Positions 42,893 through 56,600 of a stretch of 64,000 bases of DNA are shown in pieces. This DNA comes from Eledone cirrhosa. Lineage: Eukaryota. The stretch spans positions 11,594,001-11,658,000 of the forward strand of contig OZ024764.1 of assembly GCA_964016885.1 (NCBI GenBank), in the 5' to 3' direction. Each line of letters opens with the position of its first letter. Position 1 is the first letter of the stretch. The translations under genes and the position numbers were made by a program. Under the pieces are notes generated by a model. That model was given only the letters and a program-made list of their open reading frames with translations, made no database searches and was not told the DNA's origin.

Positions 42893-43790
42893 CTCGATAC
42901 ATTGGCTCCCTACCTTTTTATCATCGCAGTGGACTATTGTATGTGCCTTGCACTGGAGAAACACCAGGACTCTGGCTTTACTGTAGCACTGGCTCAGAGC
43001 AGGAGAGTTAAGGCGAAAAAGATATCAGATGCTGAATTTGCCGATGACATAGTTTTGGTGACAAATATAGTGAAGGAGGCAGAGGATTTGATGCAGGAGG
43101 TGGAGACTGTGTCGATGAGTGTGGGGCTGGGAATGAATGAGACTAAAACAAAATATCTGGTAGAGAATGTTGAGACGCCAGAGGGGATCACTAATGTATG
43201 CGGGAAGCCGCTAGAATTGGTTGAGGATTTCCTGCATTTGGGAGCAAAGATTGGGAATACGGAAGATGATGTGGTTGAGAGGAAGAGCAAAGCCTGGGCG
43301 GCGTGCCACAGCTTGAGATCGGTGTGGAAGTCGGACCTTCGTGGAGACCTGAAAATCTGCCTCTTCATTGCTGTAGTGGAGTCTGTGCTGCTGTACGGGT
43401 CTGAGACTTGGACACTGACCAAGGAACTCACTCAGATGGTGGATGGATGCTACACGAGAATGCTGAGGATGGCTCTGAACATTAATCAGTATACACTGAG
43501 GATGAAGAACTGAGAGCTGTATGGGAGCCTCCAAAAGTCAGCTCAAAAGTGACACAGGAAACTGAGGTTAACTGGACATGCTCATCGACATCCAGAGTTG
43601 ACATTGCACTCAGTGCTCCTGTGGGAGCCCCTACATGGACACACTGGAAGAGGAAGACCAAGGTTAACGTATGTTGATGCCATAAGGACAGACACTGGTC
43701 TGTTGGAGACGCAGGACATGGCAGCGATAATGAGGGACAGAGACCGCTGGAGAGAACTCGTCCATGGATCTTGGGAATTTTACCCGCCCT
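42893..43790 (+). pseudogene. 5'-truncated non-LTR retrotransposon of a different RTE-like family
   Basis: DTLAPYLFIIAVDY, EFADDIVL, GLGMNETKT, DFLHLG, VLLYGSETW, later GRGRPRLTYVD...DRDRWR; stops/frameshifts after 43513. Confidence 0.88.
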
Positions 43791-43919
43791 AGAATACATA
43801 CTCACATATATAATAACACATATACATACACACATATATAATAACACATATACACACATATATAATAACACATATACACACATATATAATAACACATATA
43901 CATACACACATATATAATA

Positions 43920-43966
<47 letters not shown>

Positions 43967-44277
43967 TACACACCACTACACTCAAACACACACACAGATA
44001 CAAATTGTTATTTAATGACATTTTTAAAGGTGATGTAGCTGTTGTTGTTACTGTTGTTGGTGGTGTTACTGTTGTTGTTGTTGTTGTTGTTGTTACTGTT
44101 GTTGGTGGTGTTACTGCTGTTGTTGTTGTTGTTGTTGTTGTTACTGTTGTTGGTGGTGTTACTGTTGTTGTTGTTGTTGTTACTATTGTAGTTGTACAGA
44201 CTTATAAACCACAGCCACTACTACCACTGTGTATATATATATATGTATGTATATGTATATATATATGTGTGTGTATG

Positions 44278-44316
<39 letters not shown>

Positions 44317-44345
44317 ATATTTATGAATATGTGTATATGTATATA

Positions 44346-44564
44346 AAGGAACGATCGGCTTTCGTCAAATCGGACCGAGGAAACAATGTTTCCGTTGGTC
44401 TTTCCAGTTGCTAATACTATCTATCGGTCGCAACTCCAGGTAGAAGGAGCAACGTGAAATAAAGTGTCTTGCTCAAGGACATAACGCATCGCCTGGTCCA
44501 GGAATCGAACTCACAAACTTACGATTGCGAATCCAATTCTCTTACCACTCAGCCACACGCCTTC
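44346..44564 (-). mobile_element. Older CORE-type tRNA SINE with a different 3' region
   Basis: GTGAAATAAAGTGTCTTGCTCAAGGA (CORE, reverse complement), B box GAATCGAACTC, A box CCACTCAGCCA. Confidence 0.7.
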
Positions 44565-44584
44565 ATATGTCTATGTATGTTTGC

Positions 44585-44617
<33 letters not shown>

Positions 44618-45422
44618 TGTATGTGTGTATGTATATATATATATTTATGTATGTTTGTTTGTTTGTATGTATATATATATATGTATTTATATATATATAT
44701 GTATGTATGTATGTATGTGTGTATGTATATATATATTTATGTATGTTTGTTTGTTTGTTTGTTTGTATGTATATATATATATATGTATTTATATATATAT
44801 ATATATGTATGTGTATATGCGTACACAAATACACACATATATATAAAAACACATGTAAACAGTTATTTACACACACACATACACACATATATATATATAT
44901 GTGTACACATACAAACACATGTACACAAACACCCACTCACAGAGAAGGCAACATGAGGAAAGTGGGTGGGGCTCTGCTCCTCCTACCCCCCCCCCCCCCC
45001 CCCCCCCCCAACCACACCCTATTCCTTCCCCTCCACCCCCACCCCCTCCACCTCCATCAACCCCTCCTCGCCCCTCCTCCCCCTCCACCAACCATACCCT
45101 CTACCTCCCCACCCCTACTCTCCTTTTCATCCTCACAACACACCTGATGCTAGCAAACGTGTTGTGTGTATATATATATATATGTGTGTGTCTAACTGTG
45201 TGTATGCGTGTATACGGATGTGTAATTGTGTGTGTGATTGTGTATGTCTTTCTATCTGTGTGTGTGTGTGTATCTTTATATGGAGTTATGTATGTGTGTG
45301 TGTATATATATATATATCTTTATATGGAGTTATGTATGTGTGTGTGTATATATATATATCTTTATATGGAGTTATGTATGTGTGTGTGTATATATATATA
45401 TATCTTTATATGGAGTTATGTA

Positions 45423-45455
<33 letters not shown>

Positions 45456-45689
45456 TTTCATATGGAGTTATGTATGTGTGTGTATGTATATATATATATA
45501 TATATTTATATGGAGTTATGTATGTGTGTGTATATATTTATATGGAGTTATGTATGTGTGTGTGTATATATTTTTATAAGGAGTTGTGTATGTATGTGTG
45601 TGTATATATTTTTATATGTAGTTATGTATATGTATGTGTGTATATATATATTTATATGGAGTTATGTATGTGTGTATATATATATATAT

Positions 45690-48203
45690 TTTACTCAACG
45701 CCTACGACAGTAAAGAAGAACAGATAGAGACATTTAACGTAGAAGAGAACTGGGAGTTCCTAAAAAATAACTTACTAGAGGCGACGGATGAGGTTTGTGG
45801 CTGGAGTAAGACCTCAAGCAGGAGGAGAGTGACTTGGTGGTGGAACAATAAGGTAGATGAAGCAGTCAAGGCCAAGAGACAGGCATGGAAAGAATGGAAG
45901 AACGGGGGGAGCAGGGTACATTACATAGAGACCAAGAGGGAAGCTAGGCGACAAGTATACTTAGCTAGGAGGGAAGCAGAGGATAGAAAATTCAAGCATG
46001 TTTTACAACGTGAGGACCAGAAACAGGAGGTATTCAAGATTGCGAGGCAGTGTGTCAGAGATAGTTGTGATGTCATTGGAGAGAAGTGTATCCGGAATGA
46101 TAAAGGTGAGCTTGCCCTCACAAGTGCTGAGAAGAAAGATGCATGGAAGAGTCATTATGATAGATTACTAAATGAGGAGAATGCATGGGAAGAAGAGACC
46201 CTACCCCACGTAGACCCTATAGAGGGACCAGCAGTACAAGTCAGCGGCAGCGTAGTAAGTAAGGCAATCAGAGATATGAAGATAGGGAAGGCAACCGGTC
46301 CATCGGGTATAGCTGCCGAGATGCTGAAGGCATCTGGGTCTGTAGGTCACACTATAACCACACGTATCGTTAACCAGGTAATACTAGAGGGGGCCATACC
46401 AAAAGATTGGTGCAGTAGCATCATTGTCAACTGCTACAAAGGTAAAGGCGATGCACTAGATAGAGGAAACTATAGAGGTATAAAGTTGATGGACCAGGTC
46501 ATGAAAGTAACAGAAAGAGTTATAGCACAGCTGATTAGGGACCGGGTGAATATAGACGAGATGCAATTTGGGTTTGTTCCAGGGAAAGGCACCACTGATG
46601 CGCTCTTCCTTGTGAGGCAATTACAGGAAAAGTACCTAGCTAAAAGTAAGCCACTCTACTTGGCATTTGTCGACCTTGAGAAAGCCTTTGACAGAGTTCC
46701 ACGTGCAGTAATCTGGTGGGCTCTTAGAAAACTAGGAGTAGATGAATGGCTTGTGAAAGCGGTACAAGCCATGTATAGGGGAGCAGTCAGCAAAGTTAGG
46801 ATTGGCAATGAGTATAGCGAGGAATTTAGCGTACAGGTTGGGGTCCACCAGGGCTCTGTTCTTAGCCCTCTCCTGTTCATCATAGTCCTGCAGGCAATAA
46901 CGGAGGAGTTTAAGACCGGATGCCCATGGGAACTCCTGTATGCTGATGACCTCGCACTCATAGCTGAATCTATGGTAGAACTAGAGAATAAATTCCAAAC
47001 CTGGAAGCAGGGACTAGAGAGAAAGGGCCTCAAAGTCAACATGACAAAGACTAAGGTCCTTATAAGTAGACGAGAAAACAGAACCCAGATCCCCTCAGGG
47101 AAATGGCCTTGCTCAGTATGTAGGAAAGGTGTAGGTAGGAACTCCATTCTTTGCCCCAAATGCAAACAATGGGTACACAAGAGATGTAGCGGGATCTCAG
47201 GAAGCTTAATTAAGAATGTAGGATTCACATGCAGCAGCTGTGCTGAAACAGCAAGCAAACAGCCACAGGAAACAAGTACCACCAATCTCTGGGAGGGCCC
47301 TGTAGAAACAGTAGACAGCTTCTGCTACCTAGGTGACCGAATTAGCAACGGAGGTGGGTGCTCAGAAAGTACAATAACTAGGGTAAGAACGGGATGGAAG
47401 AAGTTTAGGGAACTACTACCACTGCTAGCTGCAAAAGGCTTCTCCCTCAGAATGAAAGGCAGACTGTATGATGCGTGTATCCGAACAGCGATGTTGCATG
47501 GTAGTGAGACCTGGGCGCTGAAGGTGGAAGACTTACGTAGATTAGAGAGAAACGAAGCCTGCATGCTCCGATGGATGTGTAACAGTAATATACGTGAACG
47601 ACAAAGCATAAATGAATTGAGAGAGAGACTGAGCATAAGAGGAATCAAATGCTGCGTGCAGGAGAGGCGGTTACGCTGGTATGGACATGTGATGCGTATG
47701 AAGGATGACAGCTGCATAAAAAGGTGCAGAGCACTAGAAGTTGATGGAAACCGCGGAGTGGGGAGACCCAAGATGACTTGGGATGAGGTGATAAAAGCCG
47801 ACCTTACCCAACTACACCTCTCAAAGTCAATGACACACGACCGTGACTTCTGGCGTCACGCAGTAATACAGGGTACCCGACCTCCCATGGGTACATGCTG
47901 AAGCATATAAACAATATGCCCCCCCCCCCCCACCGCAAGGTGGTCGTGGAGGTGCCACGGCAAAAAAGCACCCAGCCCACACTGTAAAGTGGACGTGTAG
48001 GCGCCACGAAAAAGCACCCAGCACTCACTGTAAATGAGGTTGGTGTTAGGAAGGGCATCCAGCTGTAGAAATCAAGCCAGATCAGTTCCTGTATGAGCAA
48101 GGCATGGTCAGCCGACCAGACACTGCCCACAACAGGACAACCCGTCTAACCCATGCTAGCGTGGAAGAACGGACGTAAAACGGTGATGATGATGATGATG
48201 ATG
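45690..48203 (+). mobile_element. 5'-truncated RTE-clade LINE (subfamily B) with ~300-bp 3' UTR and (GAT)n tail
   Basis: Uninterrupted RT ORF, no endonuclease domain left, tail CCCATGCTAGCGTGGAAGAACGGACGTAAAACG(GAT)n. Confidence 0.95.
45691..47901 (+). CDS. RTE-type reverse transcriptase ORF (partial, no true start) with an embedded PHD finger
   Basis: YRGIKL, QFGF, FVDLEKAFDRV, QGSVLSPLLF, LLYADDL, GLKVN, FCYLG, HGSETW, RLRWYGHV, GRPK; the listed ATG at 45634 lies in flanking microsatellite. Confidence 0.9.
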   Translation, partial: LLNAYDSKEEQIETFNVEENWEFLKNNLLEATDEVCGWSKTSSRRRVTWWWNNKVDEAVKAKRQAWKEWKNGGSRVHYIETKREARRQVYLARREAEDRKFKHVLQREDQKQEVFKIARQCVRDSCDVIGEKCIRNDKGELALTSAEKKDAWKSHYDRLLNEENAWEEETLPHVDPIEGPAVQVSGSVVSKAIRDMKIGKATGPSGIAAEMLKASGSVGHTITTRIVNQVILEGAIPKDWCSSIIVNCYKGKGDALDRGNYRGIKLMDQVMKVTERVIAQLIRDRVNIDEMQFGFVPGKGTTDALFLVRQLQEKYLAKSKPLYLAFVDLEKAFDRVPRAVIWWALRKLGVDEWLVKAVQAMYRGAVSKVRIGNEYSEEFSVQVGVHQGSVLSPLLFIIVLQAITEEFKTGCPWELLYADDLALIAESMVELENKFQTWKQGLERKGLKVNMTKTKVLISRRENRTQIPSGKWPCSVCRKGVGRNSILCPKCKQWVHKRCSGISGSLIKNVGFTCSSCAETASKQPQETSTTNLWEGPVETVDSFCYLGDRISNGGGCSESTITRVRTGWKKFRELLPLLAAKGFSLRMKGRLYDACIRTAMLHGSETWALKVEDLRRLERNEACMLRWMCNSNIRERQSINELRERLSIRGIKCCVQERRLRWYGHVMRMKDDSCIKRCRALEVDGNRGVGRPKMTWDEVIKADLTQLHLSKSMTHDRDFWRHAVIQGTRPPMGTC

Positions 48204-48965
48204 ATATACATATTTATATGGAGTTATGTGTGTGTATGTATATATATTTTTATATGGAGTTATGTATGTGTGTGTGTGTGTGTATATATTTTTATATGTA
48301 GTTATGTATGTGTGTGTATATATTTTATATGGAGTTATGTATGTGTGTGTATATATACATTTTTATATGTAGTTATGTATGTGTGTGTGTATATATATAT
48401 TTATATGTAGTTATGTATGTGTATATATATATTTATATGGAGTTATCAGTGTGTGTGTGTGTATATATATATTTTTTTATGGAGTTATGTATGTGTGTAT
48501 ATATATATATATTTTCATATGGAGTTATGTGTGTGTGTGTTTATATTTTTATATGGAGTTATGTATGTGTGTGTGTATCTGTATATATATGTGTGTGTGT
48601 ATATGTTGTCATGTAGATGTATGTGTATATACACACCATATAGTTTTGGATGTGTATACACCACATTGTTGTAAAGTGAAATTCTTAATACACCACCTAG
48701 GCCTGATTATATATAGGAATGATTTTATACGAATGAAACAGTTCTAGTTCTGTAGGAGCTTTTTTCTATATTAACCTCTGTCGTCATCACTCTACTTATG
48801 TATTGAGTACCTTATTTACTGTGATTACCCCGATTCTACTCGGGATCAACATATATATATTCTTCAAGGAACCTTCAGAGGAACCCCATTTCAGTTGCTT
48901 CTACTCGCAATCATATTTTTTTAGTCATTAATCAAGATTCATGATCATAGGTAAGAGTTAGCAGC

Positions 48966-51900
48966 ATTACTGAATTGAAGACAGTGAGTTTGGCTTTTAC
49001 ACCTACCTCCCTTCTTCTGATTACTGAATTGAAGATAGAGAGTTTGTCTTTTACACCTACCCCCCTTCTTCTGATTACTGAATTGAAGACAGCGAGTTTG
49101 GCTTTTATACCTACCTCCCTTCTTCTGATAACTGAATTGAAGATAGAGAGTTTGGCTTTTATACCTACCTCCCTTCTTCTGATTACTGAATTGAAGATAG
49201 AGAGTTTGGCTTTTACACCTACCTCCCTTCTTCTGATTACTGAATTGAAGATAGAGAGTTTGTCTTTTACACCTACCTCCCTTCTTCTGATAACTGAATT
49301 GAAGACAGCGAGTTTGGCTTTTATACCTACCTCCCTTCTTCTGATAACTGAATTGAAGATAGAGAGTTTGTCTTTTACACCTACCTCCCTTCTTCTGATT
49401 ACTGAACTGAAGAGAGAGAGTTTGTCTTTTACACCTACCTCCCTTCTTCTGATAACTGAATTGAAGATAGAGAGTTTGTCTTTTACACCTACCTCCCTTC
49501 TTCTGATTACTGAATTGAAGATAGAGAGTTTGTCTTTTACACCTACCTCCCTTCTTCTGATTACTGAACTGAAGAGAGAGAGTTTGTCTTTTACACCTAC
49601 CTCCCTTCTTCTGATAACTGAATTGAAGATAGAGAGTTTGTCTTTTACACCTACCTCCCTTCTTCTGATTACTGAATTGAAGATAGAGAGTTTGTCTTTT
49701 ACACCTACCTCCCTTCTTCTGATTACTGAACTGAAGAGAGAGAGTTTGTCTTTTACACCTACCTCCCTTCTTCTGATAACTGAATTGAAGATAGAGAGTT
49801 TGTCTTTTACACCTACCTCCCTTCTTCTGATTACTGAATTGAAGATAGAGAGTTTGTCTTTTACACCTACCTCCCTTCTTCTGATTACTGAATTGAAGAT
49901 AGAGAGTTTGTCTTTTACACCTACCTCCCTTCTTCTGATAACTGAACTGAAGAGAGAGAGTTTGTCTTTTACACCTACCTCCCTTCTTTTGAATAAAGAA
50001 TTGAAGATAGAGAGTTTGTCTTTTACACCTACCTCCCTTCTTCTGATTACTGAATTGAAGATAGAGAGTTTGTCTTTTACACCTACCTCCCTTCTTCTGA
50101 TTACTGAATTGAAGATAGAGAGTTTGTCTTTTACACCTACCTCCCTTCTTCTGATAACTGAGTTGAAGACAGCGAGTTTGGCTGTTACACCTACCTCCCT
50201 TCTTCTGATAACTGAATTGAAGACAGCGAGTTTGGCTTTTATACCTTCCTCCCTTCTTCTGATTACTGAATTGAAGACAGCGAGTTTGGCTTTTACACCT
50301 ACCTCCCTTCTTCTGATAACTGAATTGAAGACAGCGAGTTTGGCTTTTATACCTTCCTCCCTTCTTCTGATTACTGAATTGAAGACAGCGAGTTTGGCTT
50401 TTATACCTACCTCCCTTCTTCTGATTACTGAATTGAAGACAGCGAGTTTGGCTTTTACACCTACCTCCCTTCTTTTGATTACCGAATTGAAGATAGAGAG
50501 TTTGTCTTTTACACCTACCTCCCTTCTTCTGATTACTGAATTGAAGATAGAGAGTTTGTCTTTTACACCTACCTCCCTTCTTCTGATTACTGAATTGAAG
50601 ATAGAGAGTTTGTCTTTTACACCTACCTCCCTTCTTCTGATAACTGAGTTGAAGACAGCGAGTTTGGCTGTTACACCTACCTCCCTTCTTCTGATAACTG
50701 AATTGAAGACAGCGAGTTTGGCTTTTATACCTTCCTCCCTTCTTCTGATTACTGAATTGAAGACAGCGAGTTTGGCTTTTACACCTACCTCCCTTCTTCT
50801 GATAACTGAATTGAAGACAGCGAGTTTGGCTTTTATACCTTCCTCCCTTCTTCTGATTACTGAATTGAAGACAGCGAGTTTGGCTTTTATACCTACCTCC
50901 CTTCTTCTGATTACTGAATTGAAGACAGCGAGTTTGGCTTTTACACCTACCTCCCTTCTTTTGATTACCGAATTGAAGACAGCGAGTTTGTCTTTTACAA
51001 CTACCTCCCTTCTTCTGATTACCGAATTGAAGACAGCGAGTTTGGCTTTTATACCTTCCTCCCTTCTTCTGATTACTGAATTGAAGATAGAGAGTTTGTC
51101 TTTTACACCTACCTCCCTTCTTCTGATTACTGAATTGAAGATAGTTTGTCTTTTACACCTACCTCCCTTCTTCTGATTACCGAATTGAAGACAGCGAGTT
51201 TGGCTTTTATACCTTCCTCCCTTCTTCTGATTACTGAATTGAAGATAGAGAGTTTGTCTTTTACACCTACCTCCCTTCTTCTGATTACTGAATTGAAGAT
51301 AGTTTGGCTTTTACACCTACCTCCCTTCTTCTGATTACCGAATTGAAGACAGCGAGTTTGTCTTTTACACCTACCTCCCTTCTTCTGATTACTGAATTGA
51401 AGACAGCGAGTTTGTCTTTTACACCTGCCTCCCTTCTTCTGATTACTGAATTGAAGATAGAGAGTTTGTCTTTTACACCTGCCTCCCTTCTTCTGATTAC
51501 TGAACTGAAGAGAGAGAGTTTGTCTTTTACACCTACCTCCCTTCTGATGATTACTGAAATGAAGACAGCGAGTTTGGCTTTTACACCTACCTCCCTTCTT
51601 CTGATTACTGAATTGAAGATAGAGAGTTTGTCTTTTACACCTGCCTCCCTTCTTCTGATTACTGAACTGAAGAGAGAGAGTTTGTCTTTTACACCTACCT
51701 CCCTTCTGATGATTACTGAAATGAAGACAGCAAGTTTGGCTTTTATACCTTCCTCCCTTCTTCTGATTACTGAATTGAAGATAGAGAGTTTGTCTTTTAC
51801 ACCTACCTCCCTTCTTCTGATTACTGAATTGAAGATAGAGAGTTTGTCTTTTACACCTGCCTCCCTTCTTCTGATTACTGAATTGAAGATAGAGAGTTTG

Positions 51901-52152
51901 GCTTTTACACCTGCCTCCCTTCTTCTGATTACTGAACTGAAGAGAGAGAGTTTGTCTTTTACACCTACCTCCCTTCTGATGATTACTGAAATGAAGACAG
52001 CAAGTTTGGCTTTTACACCTGCCTCCCTTCTTCTGATTACTGAATTGAAGAGAGAGAGTTTGTTTTTTACACCTACCTCCCTTCTTCTGATTACTGAATT
52101 GAAGAGAGAGAGTTTGTCTTTTACACCTACCTCCCTTCTTCTGATTACTGAA
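48966..52152. repeat. 54-bp minisatellite, ~59 units
   Basis: 18-aa periodicity of the listed ORF; unit bounded by ATTACTGAAT; two units carry 4-bp deletions. Confidence 0.95.
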
Positions 52153-52518
52153 TGCTGGAGCTGGCCATTACTGCACCAAATCCTGCAATTCTTGCACTTA
52201 ATTCAGCCTCCTGCTTTCCATCACTTGTGAACATGGTCCCAAAATACTTGAACGCCTCTACCCGCTTCAGTGGAACTCCATTCACATGTAGAGTGCACTG
52301 CGCAGGCTTCCTGGAGAGGACGAGCGTCTCGGTTTTCGCAGCACTGGTTTTCCTTCCAGCCATGCAGTTCTCAGTATCAAACCTATAGAATGCAAGTTGG
52401 CGATCACCTTCTGTTGTGTTAAGTAACACCATGTCGTCTGCAAATTCCAGCCGACTGATTTTACACCCACCAGTCGTGATACCACTTCCAACCCAGCTGC
52501 GCATGTCAGTCCTGTTCA

Positions 52519-52717
52519 AGAAAATAATTGCTTTTACTTTTGCCACAAGGCCAGCAATTACCCCAGTGCATTACTGGTACTTTATTTTATCGACCCCGTA
52601 AGGATGAAAGTCAAGATGTTAAACTCGGCGGGATTTGAACTCAGAATGGCAAGAGCCATAACTCTATGCTGCAGAGCATGGCGTCCGACCCTCTACCGAT
52701 ACTGCCAATCCACTGCC
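52519..52717 (-). mobile_element. SINE family 1, full length, with 8-bp TSD
   Basis: CCTGTTCA at 52511-52518 and 52718-52725. Confidence 0.88.
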
Positions 52718-52798
52718 CCTGTTCAGGTAAATAGTGAACAGAAGAGGAGACAATAAGTACCGTTGGTGGAGTCTGACTCCCACATTGAATGGTTTCGA

Positions 52799-55232
52799 TT
52801 TAGCATCATTTATCCCAACACAAATACTTGGGCCTTCATGTAGAGACATCAGGGTATTTAGCATCATTTATCCCAACACAAATACTTGGGCCTTCATGTA
52901 GAGAGATCAGGGCATTTAGCATCATTTATCCCAACACAAATACTTGGGCCTTCATGTAGAGACATCAGGGCATTTAGCATCATTTATCCCAACACAAATA
53001 CTTGGGCCTTCATGTAGAGAGATCAGGGCATTTAGCATCATTTATCCCAACACAAATACTTGGGCCTTCATGTAGAGACATCAGGGCATTTAGCATCATT
53101 TATCTCAACACAAATACTTGGGCCTTCATATAGAGACATCAGGGCATTTAGCATCATTTATCCCAACACAAATACTTGGGCCTTCATATAGAGACATCAG
53201 GGCATTTAGCATCATTTATCCCAACACAAATACTTGGGCCTTCATGTAGAGACATCAGGGCATTTAGCATCATTTATCCCAACACAAATACTTGGGCCTT
53301 CATGTAGAGACATCAGGGCATTTAGCATCATTTATCCCAACACAAATACTTGGGCCTTCATGTAGAGACATCAGGGCATTTAGCATCATTTATCCCAACA
53401 CAAATACTTGGGCCTTCATGTAGAGACATCAGGGTATTTAGCATCATTTATCCCAACACAAATACTTGGGCCTTCATGTAGAGACATCAGGGTATTTAGC
53501 ATCATTTATCCCAACACAAATACTTGGGCCTTCATGTAGAGACATCAGGGTATTTAGCATCATCTATCCCAACACAAATACTTGGGCCTTCATGTAGAGA
53601 CATCAGGGCATTTAGCATCATTTATCCCAACACAAATACTTGGGCCTTCATGTAGAGACATCAGGGTATTTAGCATCATTTATCCCAACACAAATACTTG
53701 GGCCTTCATGTAGAGACATCAGGGTATTTAGCATCATTTATCCCAACACAAATACTTGGGCCTTCATGTAGAGACATCAGGGTATTTAGCATCATTTATC
53801 ACAACACAAATACTTGGGCCTTCATGTAGAGACATCAGGGTATTTAGCATCATTTATCCCAACACAAATACTTGGGCCTTCATGTAGAGACATCAGGGTA
53901 TTTAGCATCATTTATCCCAACACAAATACTTGGGCCTTCATGTAGAGACATCAGGGTATTTAGCATCATTTATCCCAACACAAATACTTGGGCCTTCATG
54001 TAGAGACATCAGGGTATTTAGCATCATTTATCCCAACACAAATACTTGGGCCTTCATGTAGAGACATCAGGGTATTTAGCATCATTTATCCCAACACAAA
54101 TACTTGGGCCTTCATATAGAGACATCAGGGTATTTAGCATCATTTATCCCAACACAAATACTTGGGCCTTCATGTAGAGACATCAGGGTATTTAGCATCA
54201 TTTATCCCAACACAAATACTTGGGCCTTCATGTAGAGACATCAGGGTATTTAGCATCATTTATCCCAACACAAATACTTGGGCCTTCATGTAGAGAGATC
54301 AGGGCATTTAGCATCATTTATCCCAACACAAATACTTGGGCCCTCATATAGAGACATCAGGGCATTAGCATCATTTATCCCAACACAAATACTTGGGCCT
54401 TCATATAGAGACATCAGGGCATTAGCATCATTTATCCCAACACAAATACTTGGGCCTTCATGTAGAGACATCAAGGCATTTAGCATCATTTATCCCAACA
54501 CAAATACTTGGGCCTTCATATAGAGACATCAGGGCATTTAGCATCATTTATCCCAACACAAATACTTGGGCCTTCATATAGAGACATCAGGGCATTTAGC
54601 ATCATTTATCTCAACACAAATACTTGGGCCTTCATATAGAGAGATCAGGGCATTTAGCATCATTTATCTCAACACAAATACTTGGGCCTTCATATAGAGA
54701 CATCAAGGCATTTAGCATCATTTATCTCAACACAAATACTTGGGCCTTCATATAGAGAGATCAGGGCATTTAGCATCATTTATCTCAACACAAATACTTG
54801 GGCCTTCATGTAGAGACATCAGGGCATTTAGCATCATTTATCCCAACACAAATACTTGGGCCTTCATATAGAGACATCAGGGCATTTAGCATCATTTATC
54901 CCAACACAAATACTTGGGCCTTCATGTAGAGACATCAGGGCATTTAGCATCATTTATCCCAACACAAATACTTGGTCCTTCATATAGAGACATCAGGGCA
55001 TTTAGCATCATTTATCCCAACACAAATACTTGGGCCTTCATGTAGAGAGATCAGGGCATTTAGCATCATTTATCCCAACACAAATACTTGGGCCTTCATG
55101 TAGAGACATCAGGGCATTTAGCATCATTTATCCCAACACAAATACTTGGGCCTTCATGTAGAGACATCAGGGTATTTAGCATCATTTATCCCAACGCAAA
55201 TACTTGGGCCTTCATATAGAGACATCAGGGTA
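52799..55232. repeat. 58-bp minisatellite, ~42 units
   Basis: Period 58 (52801, 52859); unit encodes the RT segment LMSLHEGPSICVGINDAK on the minus strand. Confidence 0.95.
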
Positions 55233-55359
55233 GTAAGAAGCTGACCATTGGTCCCATACTCCTGCAGGACCTTCCACAGCAGGTCCTGAAGAACGTGGTC
55301 ATATGCCTTTTGAAGGTCTACAAAACAAGAATATACCTCTTGGAAATACCTCTACGATT

Positions 55360-56600
55360 TCTCAACACCATCAGCAACACCAATACCACCACCACCACCA
55401 CCACCATCATTATCATTAACAACACCACCATCAACATCCCACCACCACTGCCAGTACCTGAGCCACTCCCACCAACACCACCATCATCAACACCACTACC
55501 AACTGCCCTACCACCCCACCCCCACCTGCCCTACCACCCTACCACCCACCTTCCCTACCACCCTACCCCCGTCAACAACAACTCCATCAACAACAACAAC
55601 ACCACCAACACCACCACCACCACCACCTCAGCACCACCAACAATACTACCAACCCCACCACTCCATCCACCACCACCATCATCACACCACCACCACAACC
55701 ACCACTACAACCCCAGCCCCATCTCTACCACCACCATCAACACCACCACCACCACCTCAACCACCACTACAACCCCAGCCCCATCTCCACCACCACCACC
55801 GCTGCCAATAACATCACCACCACCACCACCACCAACACCACCACCACCACCAACACCTCAACCACCACTACAACCCCAGCCCCATCTCCACCACCACCAT
55901 CAACACCAACACCACCACCACCAACAACACCTCAACCACCACTACAACCCCAGCCCCATCACCACCACCATCAACACCACCACCACCACCTCAACCACCA
56001 CTACAACCCCAGCCCCATCTCCACCACCACCAACACCTCAACCACCACTACAACCCCAGCCCCATCTCCACCACCACCAACACCTCAACCACCACTACAA
56101 CCCCAGCCCCATCTCCACCACCACCACCATCAACACCACCACCACCACCACCACCAACACCTCAACCACCACTACAACCCCAGCCCCATCTCCATCAACA
56201 CCACCACCACCACCACCACCACCAACACCTCAACCACCACTACAACCCCAGCCCCATCTCCACCACTACCACCGCTGCCAACAACACCACCACAATAACA
56301 TCACCATCACCCACCACCACCACCACCTCAACCACCACTACAACCCCAGCCCCATCTCCACCACCATCAACACCTCAACCACCACTACAACCCCAGCCCC
56401 ATCTCCACCACCACCACCATCAACACCTCAACCACCACTACAACCCCAGCCCCATCTCCACCACCATCAACACCACCACCACCACCAACAACAACAACAC
56501 CTCAACCACCACTACAACCCCAGCCCCATCTCCACCATCACCTTACCCCCCACCCCCGTCACCCCCACCCCACCACCACCACCATCATCACCAACAATAA
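55360..56600. repeat. (CAC/CAA)n tract with recurrent CAACCACCACTACAACCCCAGCCCCATCTCC
   Basis: Direct reading. Confidence 0.92.

Larger units (their letters stand above)
45270..48570. repeat. TTTATATGGAGTTATG(TG)n(TA)n minisatellite into which the RTE inserted
   Basis: Same unit on both sides of 45690-48203. Confidence 0.9.
48862..55345 (-). pseudogene. Old RTE (Rex3/Expander-like) fragment inflated by two internal tandem arrays and a SINE
   Basis: Collinear minus-strand RT motifs: CFVDLQKAYD (~55300), [58-bp array], LLSPLLFTIY, [SINE], LEFADDMVL, FKYFG, [54-bp array], LTLTYDHES*LMT...ATEMGFL (~48880-48960). Confidence 0.85.

Noticed and set aside
51544-51565. CTGATGA-TTACT-GAAA variant in the 54-bp array resembling a hammerhead core
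   Set aside because: No stem II and no stem III/UH site; chance product of unit variants
48975-52230. 733-aa and 308-aa 18-residue repeat proteins
   Set aside because: Antisense reading of a 54-bp array derived from an RTE ORF; no evidence of a gene
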